Below are positions 16,358-22,586 of a stretch of DNA of 22,586 nucleotides, piece after piece (within the stretch, counting starts at the first letter, position 1; each line of letters starts with the position of its first letter). Both the position numbers and the translations under genes were made by a program. The stretch comes from Bdellovibrionota bacterium (lineage in GTDB: Bacteria; Bdellovibrionota_C; UBA2361; JBIKWN01): NCBI GenBank assembly GCA_044356295.1, contig JBIKWN010000037.1, positions 1-22,586 of the forward strand, in the 5' to 3' direction. The notes beneath the pieces are model-generated. The model searched no databases. It had not been told where the DNA came from and saw only the letters and a program-made list of their open reading frames with translations.

Positions 16358-17017
16358 ATGTCGTCAATAAAGAACCTTCAGGTACACGAACGCCCACGAG
16401 AGAGAATGCTGTTAAATGGAGCTAAACATTTAACTGACCAGGAACTTCTTCAAACAATTATTGGTTCAGGTACAAAAGGTTTTGATGTTACCTATTTAGC
16501 CAAACAGGTACTAAAAGTTATCAACGATAATAATGACTCAGTTAGCATTGAATCATTATGTAAAATTGCAGGAATTGGTGCTGCAAAAGCTTCGCTTATT
16601 TGTGCCTGTCTAGAATTTACGAGGCGGCGTATTCGTCCTGAGGGGGTAAAAATCACCAATGCAAAAGACGCTTACTCACTGATTCAACATCTTGCAGATC
16701 AAAAACAAGAACATTTCATCTGTATCTCTTTAAACGGAGCACATGAGGTCATTAAAACAAGAGTTGTAACAATTGGCTTAGTAAACGCAACACAGATTCA
16801 TCCAAGAGAAGTTTTTGCAGATCCCATCACCGATAGGGCTACTGCAATTATCGTTGCTCACAATCATCCGTCTGGGAATCTTGAGCCAAGCAATGAAGAT
16901 TTAAAGGCGACAAAGATCCTGATGGATGCAGGGTGCTTGTTAGGGATTAAGGTTTTAGACCACATTATTTTCGGAAGACTTGGATACGTTAGTTTACAGG
17001 AAAAGCGACTGATGTAG
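16358..17017 (+). CDS. radC: RadC / UPF0758 JAB-domain protein
   Basis: 'ERPRERM', HhH 'IAGIGAAKA', 'IHPREVF', JAB motif 'AHNHPSG.LEPSNED' and 'LDHII'. Confidence 0.95.
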   Translation: MSSIKNLQVHERPRERMLLNGAKHLTDQELLQTIIGSGTKGFDVTYLAKQVLKVINDNNDSVSIESLCKIAGIGAAKASLICACLEFTRRRIRPEGVKITNAKDAYSLIQHLADQKQEHFICISLNGAHEVIKTRVVTIGLVNATQIHPREVFADPITDRATAIIVAHNHPSGNLEPSNEDLKATKILMDAGCLLGIKVLDHIIFGRLGYVSLQEKRLM

Positions 17018-17114
17018 ATTCGGGCATTGGCAAACCCAAGAAACCTGAAAGATAATCAGCCCTAACGTCGTGAGTATAGAAAAGCTCCCTCGTTAGTTAG
17101 GAATAAATACAAAC

Positions 17115-18983
17115 ATGAAGAACTTTACAAATTCAGTCACACGCCTTATCGGACAAAATATTATATTTACCACTCTGCTACTTTTTCTAGCCACCCTCAC
17201 GACTGTCAGAGCGTACGGCGACAATATTGTCGCTAGAACATTAAATAATAATCAATCATTATCAATTTATTCACATCGCTGCACTCTTTCACTCAAAACA
17301 AGCACCGCTTCACGCATAACTGTAAGCTGTTCAAAGTTCAACAAAACTCGTTTTCAGCTCAGACCTGCAAAGCATTCATATCTAACACCAAATCAGAGTG
17401 CCGTGATTAAGGCTCGAGCATGTAGCCTCGTTGTTAACAAAAATTCTGCTGGGCTCATTAGAATACGGTGCACTTCACCATCAACGCCTACAGTTACTGC
17501 TACTCCAACATCAACACCTACTCTTACTGCTACATCAACGCCTACACCAACAACGACTCCTACAAGTACACAAACGCCCATCCCACTTATTACACTAGGT
17601 GGTACAATTAGCGGGCTTTCAGGCAGTGTTGTTCTGCAGAACAATGGTGGTGATAATCTTACTAGTACAAGTAATGGAAGTTTCACATTTCCAACAGGTC
17701 TTCCTACAGGAAGCCCTTACAGTGTTACTGTTTTAACTCAACCCGCTACGCAGACCTGTATAGTTACCAACGGCTCAGGAACCGCGGGCTTTTCAAACAT
17801 CACTAACGTTAACGTAACTTGCGTCGATAATTCGACAACTCTTTCTGCAAGCCTCAGTCTGCTTGCCTTAAGCGTTACTGGAATTACAGAATCTGGTGTT
17901 AGTGGAACACCAAGCTCTGGATTGCCAAGGGTGATTACGATTACTAATGTCGGATCCAACACTGCGCAAAATCTTAGCGTGAGTTTCCCTACTTTCCCAT
18001 CCGGTACGACTTCTTCTACTACATGCGGAGCAACCCTTGCCGCTTCCAGTAGCTGCACAATCACAATTACGCCGGGTGCTAACGCAACTTCGAATGGTAC
18101 TGCTGCGTGTACAAATGGAACTGCTCCAGTTCCCGGTATTGTATCCGTCGGCGGTGATAATTCTAATACTGTAACTACAAACGTTGTAGTTCTTGGATAC
18201 GGTTGTATCTTTCAAGGAGGTCATGTCTATGCATTTGATGATACTAATCCAAGCTCAAATAGTGTTGGTGGTAAAGTGATCACAGTAGTAGACCAGGCAG
18301 CACCTTTTCCTAGTGGTCTTGCATGGTCGTCTAATGGTGTTTCGAGTACTGACGATAGCTCCGACATTCTTCCTGGAATCTCAGAAACCTCTACTACTGC
18401 AACCGCGTCACCTACATACAGCCTGGCTCAAACTACTTTTAACTCTACTTATTCTAATACTGGAACTTTTCCATTTCCTTCATCGGGATCATTTCCTAGC
18501 TGTAACGGTGGTACAGATGGTTCATGCAATAGTTCAAATATTCTGACACTCTACAATACGTATGTAACTAATTTCGGTGTTGGAGGATCTCCGTATTCTC
18601 TTTCAGCTGGACCAACAAACGTGAACTTTTATGCAGCAGGATTATGCACACAGACAATCAACGGATTTAGCGACTGGTATCTTCCTGCTGTTTGCGAAAT
18701 GGGTCCTGCAGCTAATGGATCTGGCTGTTCGGTTAATCAAAACGTTGTTGGTAGCTTGTCGATGCTTCTTGGAGATCCAAGTGCAGGGACTCCGAGTACT
18801 AGTTGCGCAGCTGGTGCGAACTGCTTGGTCGGTTTCTATTGGAGCTCTACTCAGCTTTCATCTAATCCCCAGTCACAAGCATGGTATCAGTATTTTAGTT
18901 CGGCCGGCGGCTCGGTTCATAGTGGCGCTTTGAAGTTTAGCCCTATGGGAGTTCGATGCTCGCGGACTATTTCTTATTCATAG
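17115..18983 (+). CDS. Secreted/surface protein: signal peptide, duplicated Cys module, Thr/Pro linker, Ig-like repeats, C-terminal DUF1566 (C-type-lectin-like) domain
   Basis: Hydrophobic N-terminus; PT/ST-rich linker at about aa 120-157; 'GGTISGLSGSVVLQNNGGDNL....NGSFTF....Y.VTV.TQP..QTC.VTNGSG' Ig-like repeat; 'GFSDWYLPAVCEM...YWSSTQ...AW...GVRCSR' C-terminus. Confidence 0.8.
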   Translation: MKNFTNSVTRLIGQNIIFTTLLLFLATLTTVRAYGDNIVARTLNNNQSLSIYSHRCTLSLKTSTASRITVSCSKFNKTRFQLRPAKHSYLTPNQSAVIKARACSLVVNKNSAGLIRIRCTSPSTPTVTATPTSTPTLTATSTPTPTTTPTSTQTPIPLITLGGTISGLSGSVVLQNNGGDNLTSTSNGSFTFPTGLPTGSPYSVTVLTQPATQTCIVTNGSGTAGFSNITNVNVTCVDNSTTLSASLSLLALSVTGITESGVSGTPSSGLPRVITITNVGSNTAQNLSVSFPTFPSGTTSSTTCGATLAASSSCTITITPGANATSNGTAACTNGTAPVPGIVSVGGDNSNTVTTNVVVLGYGCIFQGGHVYAFDDTNPSSNSVGGKVITVVDQAAPFPSGLAWSSNGVSSTDDSSDILPGISETSTTATASPTYSLAQTTFNSTYSNTGTFPFPSSGSFPSCNGGTDGSCNSSNILTLYNTYVTNFGVGGSPYSLSAGPTNVNFYAAGLCTQTINGFSDWYLPAVCEMGPAANGSGCSVNQNVVGSLSMLLGDPSAGTPSTSCAAGANCLVGFYWSSTQLSSNPQSQAWYQYFSSAGGSVHSGALKFSPMGVRCSRTISYS

Positions 18984-19058
18984 GGGTTGGTTGGCTGAGT
19001 AGCTTGGCGTTGCTTCATTGTGCGAACTTGTAGAGTTCACCTATGTGGTGTATTTTAC

Positions 19059-19109
19059 ATGAAGAGACGCAACGTTACTGTTAAAGAGATTTACAAGCAT
19101 GGCTACTAA
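19059..19109 (+). pseudogene. 16-codon remnant of a RelE/HigB-type toxin gene
   Basis: ATG 19059 to TAA 19109 reads MKRRNVTVKEIYKHGY*, resembling the 'v.v.Ev.KHeY*' C-terminus of toxins that precede this HTH family. It overlaps the HTH start by 11 nt. Confidence 0.5.
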
Positions 19110-19427
19110 GAAAAAACGCAAAAGATCGGAAGGCGTTCCTGCGATTCCATTGTTAGAGAAAATGTTTGGCCCTCTTACCTTTGCTCGAGTAATTCACTCC
19201 ATCCGCCTATGCCAAGAAAAATCTGCTACAGAATTTGCAAAGATTCTTGGGATATCAAAATCTCATTATGCGACATCGAAAAAGGTCGAAAGGCAGTCAG
19301 TATAGAACGAGCTGTGATGTTTGCCGAAATCCTTGGCGATTCTCCAGATCTATTTGTCGAGCTTGCACTTCAAACTCAGATTGAAAAAGCTGGGCTGGAT
19401 TATAAAGTTACTATTGAAGCTGCTTAG
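19099..19427 (+). pseudogene. Frameshifted XRE-HTH (HigA-like) antitoxin
   Basis: ORFs 19099-19305 and 19209-19427 join into a normal HTH protein (..EFAKILGISKSH-L-CDIEKGRKAVSIERA..) if one T is added at 19266-19267 (cat tat gcg becomes cat tta tgc gac). Confidence 0.85.
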
Positions 19428-20044
19428 ATACTATCAATATACTTTTGCGTCTCATCCAACAGCCCATTCATATCCTCAAGCAAGCTTGCTAACTTCTTCT
19501 CAAGCTCCTTCACCGTAGGATCTAGCTGTTTAATAGTCTCAGCATTCAATAAATGTTTTATAAAAAGAATATGATCATTTAAAGATTGTGCAGTCGGAAT
19601 TAAGTTAGCTTCTGCTTCATCTAACCTTTTTTCATACTTTGCATAATCCTCCTGTGCGGTTTTTAGATTATCAAGCGATATATTTCTAAGGTTTAGATCG
19701 TGAATTCCATCCGCCTCTTTTTTCCACTCAGCAAAAAGCGCTGTGCAGGATCCTTTGAAATCCTTCACTCTAGATGAAAGCTCCTCAGTATCAGTAATTA
19801 AAACATCATAACGTGATTTAAAATCGGCATACGTATTTGAAAGTGGCGTCTCTGGAAGTGAGTACTGAGTCCTGATCTTCATGAGGATTTCATCAAGGAC
19901 TACAAAAACGCTTTGCTGGCTACTTCTTACGGCTGCGGCTGATTTCTTTACTTGTAGTCTTAGGGGTTGAGCCTGGCAGGTGGATGTGAATGCTAAGAGA
20001 ACTATGCAAGTTTTAAATATATTTTTAAGGGCAGAATTCATCAT
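19424..20044 (-). CDS. DUF2959-family secreted coiled-coil protein
   Basis: Signal-like N-terminus; 'ALFAEWKKE...I.D.NLR..S...L' and 'LNDHILFIKHLLNAETI' match my recollection of the DUF2959 pattern. Confidence 0.75.
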   Translation of the reverse strand: MMNSALKNIFKTCIVLLAFTSTCQAQPLRLQVKKSAAAVRSSQQSVFVVLDEILMKIRTQYSLPETPLSNTYADFKSRYDVLITDTEELSSRVKDFKGSCTALFAEWKKEADGIHDLNLRNISLDNLKTAQEDYAKYEKRLDEAEANLIPTAQSLNDHILFIKHLLNAETIKQLDPTVKELEKKLASLLEDMNGLLDETQKYIDSI

Positions 20045-20061
20045 ATATCTTCAATAGTAAA

Positions 20062-20613
20062 CTATTCGGTGAGCTGGCAAACCCCACAACTATGAATATT
20101 GGTAGTAAAACTACTGCTCCCTATATCCAAATACAAAACATCTTCATTTACCGATACGTTCCAGATGTTCCGTCGTTCTAAAATCTCTGCAATACCTTTC
20201 ACAAACCCATCATCAAAGCTAAAAATTTTAATTTCTTCACTTTTATAGATTGTTTGATTGTGTAGTTGAGAAGTTAATAGCTCTGGGTTCTTATGTGTAT
20301 AAATAACAACCCTTTCTACTTTCTTACTAGCCTTATGAAGCTTTTCAGCCGAAGGCGCTCCAACCTCCACCCAAAGCTCAACCTGCCCTGTTAGATCTTT
20401 TGCCCAAATCGCAGGCATTTCTGGATCTTGTAGTCCGGTCGTAAATTCCAAATTCTCTTGATACTCAAGACAGTAGGCTAGTACCCGGCAAAGAAGGTAC
20501 TCAAATGTTTCAGATGGATGTTTCCCTACGCGAAGGGATAAGGATTCGTAGGTGTTTCTTGTTGAATCGGCAAGTGCGATTTCGAAATTATAAACGGTTG
20601 AGCCTAATGCCAT
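20062..20613 (-). CDS. yaeQ: YaeQ family protein
   Basis: 'MALGSTVYNFEIALADSTRN.Y....L....HPSET..YLLCRVLAYCL...GL.DPEMPAIWAKDLTG.VELWVEVGAP...KLHKAS'. The start is placed at the ATG at 20613, not at the ORF-track start 20820. Confidence 0.93.
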   Translation of the reverse strand: MALGSTVYNFEIALADSTRNTYESLSLRVGKHPSETFEYLLCRVLAYCLEYQENLEFTTGLQDPEMPAIWAKDLTGQVELWVEVGAPSAEKLHKASKKVERVVIYTHKNPELLTSQLHNQTIYKSEEIKIFSFDDGFVKGIAEILERRNIWNVSVNEDVLYLDIGSSSFTTNIHSCGVCQLTE

Positions 20614-20792
20614 GGGGTTACAATACCCATAGATGTGTTTTATTGATAGATAGGTAGCATCAGTTTTTCTTGCTCCGCGAGGAAACTTTAGCCATCCAAT
20701 CCACGACATATCCTTATCAATCAGTATGTTACAAAGAAAGGGAGGATGTATGTCTATACAATCAATTAAAATCAATAGCATAGTAACTAAAG

Positions 20793-20813
20793 CTATAGTA
20801 ATATTTACTATAG
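20793..20813. promoter_or_regulatory. Palindromic operator upstream of the RelE-HTH TA operon
   Basis: ctatagtaa-tat-ttactatag, a perfect 9-bp inverted repeat 19 nt before the toxin ATG. Confidence 0.65.
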
Positions 20814-20832
20814 TTACCAAAGGTTACCGCCG

Positions 20833-21207
20833 ATGGTAGTGTTTAAGCTTAAGGATTTCTCCAAATGGGCTTCAAAGGTTCATCTATTTGATTGGCACCT
20901 CAGTAAAGCCGTTGAAGAGATGAATAGAGGTTTGCTAGGAGACAGACTTGGCTCGCATATCTATAAAAAGAGGATAGGCATAAGTGGTCGAGGTAAAAGA
21001 GGTAGTGTTCGAACTATTCTTTGCTATAAAAAAGATCAGAGAGTCGTGTTTCTTTATGGATACTCAAAAAATGAGTCTGATAACATCGAAGAGTACGAAC
21101 TTGATGCCCTTCGTGAGTTCTCAAAGGAGCTTATCTCCATTTCGAACGATGAATTTGATAAGAAGGTAGCATCCGGTAAAATTTTAAAAGTTCAGGAGAC
21201 AAACTAA
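20833..21207 (+). CDS. RelE/ParE-family (HigB-type, toxin-first) toxin
   Basis: 'VFKLKDFSKWA...L.KAVEEM.RGL....LG..IYKKRI...GRGKRGSVRTI......VFLYGYSKNE.DNI'. Confidence 0.9.
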   Translation: MVVFKLKDFSKWASKVHLFDWHLSKAVEEMNRGLLGDRLGSHIYKKRIGISGRGKRGSVRTILCYKKDQRVVFLYGYSKNESDNIEEYELDALREFSKELISISNDEFDKKVASGKILKVQETN

Positions 21208-21506
21208 TGAAACGTAAATCTCTCACACAAACTCTTGTAGACTCCGCAAAAACTTTAGGATTTAAAAAGGCAACTATCGATAAGTTAGAAGCTCTTAACA
21301 TTCCGACGGTGACCGAATTGAGTCCCTCTGCTATTAAGAAGCTTCGAAAGGATATCAAAGCAAGTCAGTCAGTATTTGCCGCTCTTCTTAATGTTAATCC
21401 ATCTACAATACACAAGTGGGAGCAAGGTAGTGTAAGGCCACAAAATGCAGCACTTAAATTATTACATGTTCTAAAGATTCATGGGGTTAGTGCGCTTCGA
21501 GACTAG
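21207..21506 (+). CDS. XRE-HTH (HigA-type) antitoxin
   Basis: 'LSPSAIKKLRKDIKASQSVFAALLNVNPSTIHKWEQGSVRPQNAALKLL'. TAATG stop/start overlap with the toxin gene. Confidence 0.92.
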   Translation: MKRKSLTQTLVDSAKTLGFKKATIDKLEALNIPTVTELSPSAIKKLRKDIKASQSVFAALLNVNPSTIHKWEQGSVRPQNAALKLLHVLKIHGVSALRD

Positions 21507-21534
21507 AGAAATTTCATGTGTAGACAGACAGAGC

Positions 21535-21792
21535 TTAACCCACATCCATCACATGATACCCATTAGTATACTCCAACAACCACTGCTCATACCCCCCTTC
21601 TCCATTACCAGCTTCAAACGCAGCTTTAAGGGTGTTTTCAGTAAATAAAAGTGGAAGGTTTTTTATTTTAACTAAGCAAACTTCACCGTCTTGTGAATGC
21701 TCCCCTGTATCCATATCAATAAATGAAGTTTTATCGTCTGTGACTATCATTATCGCTTTGCTCATATCTGTATCTTTAGTAAATTCACTCAA
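21535..21792 (-). CDS. Small acidic hypothetical protein
   Basis: 85-aa ORF filling the gap between flanking genes. The start is uncertain (TTG 21792 or ATG 21765). No recognised family. Confidence 0.5.
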   Translation of the reverse strand: MSEFTKDTDMSKAIMIVTDDKTSFIDMDTGEHSQDGEVCLVKIKNLPLLFTENTLKAAFEAGNGEGGYEQWLLEYTNGYHVMDVG

Positions 21793-21861
21793 ACATCTAT
21801 AACTTTATTAATTTTCACTAATATACCATTCTTAAAGATTGCTTTCATCCCGTAAACTCGT

Positions 21862-22524
21862 ATGACAAATTCTCATAATCAAACTGAAGGTAAACTAATC
21901 GAATACATCGAGTCGCTCTTTGCTCCCCAAGACGATGCATTGCAATTTATATTTTCTGAGATGGAACGTTCAAACATTCCAAAGATGAATATATCTGCTA
22001 CGGAAGGAAAACTTCTCTATATGATTGCTCTTATGATTGCTGCTAAGCGAATATTAGAGATTGGAACTCTTCGTGGATATAGCGGCATTCATTTAGCTCG
22101 GGCTCTTCCAGAAGATGGCACACTGATAACAATCGAGCCAAATAAAGAGCATGTCGAGGCAGCTAGGCGAAATTTCGATTATGCTGGTCTCTCAAAGAAG
22201 GTTTCAGTACATCAAGGATTTGCTCAAGATATACTTCCGGAAATTATCGAAAAAGAAGCATTGATTTTCGATCTTATCTTTATTGATGCAAGAAAAGATG
22301 ATTATCCGCTTTACCTAGAGCTCACATTACCGCTTCTTAGAAAAGGTGGCGTGCTTATAGCTGATAATACATTTCGAAAAGTACTCGAAGAAACAGATGG
22401 AGGGCTTCATAAGTATAACCTTGCAGTTGCAGAATCGAAAATTCTTACATCTGTACTGGTTCCTACGATTCGAAGTAATGGTGTTGATGGGTTAACAATT
22501 TCGGTAAAGACGGGGTTGGAATAA
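21862..22524 (+). CDS. SAM-dependent O-methyltransferase (COMT/CCoAOMT-like, Methyltransf_3)
   Basis: 'GKLL......AKRILEIGTLRGYSGIHLARALPEDG.LITIE', 'FDLIFIDARKDDY' and 'GGVLIADN'. Confidence 0.93.
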   Translation: MTNSHNQTEGKLIEYIESLFAPQDDALQFIFSEMERSNIPKMNISATEGKLLYMIALMIAAKRILEIGTLRGYSGIHLARALPEDGTLITIEPNKEHVEAARRNFDYAGLSKKVSVHQGFAQDILPEIIEKEALIFDLIFIDARKDDYPLYLELTLPLLRKGGVLIADNTFRKVLEETDGGLHKYNLAVAESKILTSVLVPTIRSNGVDGLTISVKTGLE

Positions 22525-22534
22525 TATTATTATA

Positions 22535-22586
22535 ACGCGAAGGTCGCGAAGTACGCGAAGGAATAAATCAAATCCTTCGCGTACTT
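22535..22586. repeat. 9-nt-periodic CGCGAAG repeats forming a hairpin (REP-like), truncated by the window end
   Basis: cgcgaag at 22536, 22545 and 22554; perfect 14-bp stem aagtacgcgaagga (22549-22562) / tccttcgcgtactt (22573-22586) with a 10-nt loop. Confidence 0.85.

Noticed and set aside
17018..17114. c-di-GMP-I riboswitch upstream of the surface protein (GGCAAACC...GAAA)
   Set aside because: The complementary P2 strand and the GACGCAAAGC segment are absent; only a loose ctaacg/cgttag stem is present.
390..18983. Complete diversity-generating retroelement (Avd-like four-helix bundle plus CLec-type target)
   Set aside because: No reverse transcriptase and no template repeat were found. 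The two genes are about 16 kb apart, and the bundle protein looks like the generic IVP type.
20614..20820. 69-aa N-terminal extension of YaeQ
   Set aside because: YaeQ homology begins at MALGST (20613), and the extension runs through the divergent TA promoter/operator.

Overview
Bacterial accessory/defence region with no integrase, transposase, tRNA, rRNA or CRISPR array visible. It lies between the 3' end of a malic enzyme gene and an O-methyltransferase gene. The core is a minus-strand restriction cluster: orphan AbiEi-like (DUF6088) regulator, Mrr-type endonuclease, then type I R-M hsdM-hsdS-hsdR. Nine bases after hsdR comes an unusual 984-aa protein with an unknown N-terminal region, a CxxC..CxxC zinc ribbon, a PD-(D/E)xK nuclease motif and a C-terminal HEPN-like RxxxxH domain. 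This is the best candidate for an undescribed R-M-coupled defence effector, and it is followed by what looks like a 3' remnant of mcrC. Five toxin-antitoxin-type loci surround the cluster: an HTH-Panacea antitoxin with an extra VapB-like tail plus VapC, the orphan AbiEi-like gene, DUF4258 plus HTH, a decayed toxin/HTH pair, and RelE plus HTH. Other genes encode a four-helix-bundle protein preceded by a hexamer-periodic hairpin, a metallophosphoesterase with GNCD in place of GNHD, RadC, a secreted DUF1566/C-type-lectin-like surface protein, DUF2959 and YaeQ. All family assignments are by eye from motifs; no database search was run.
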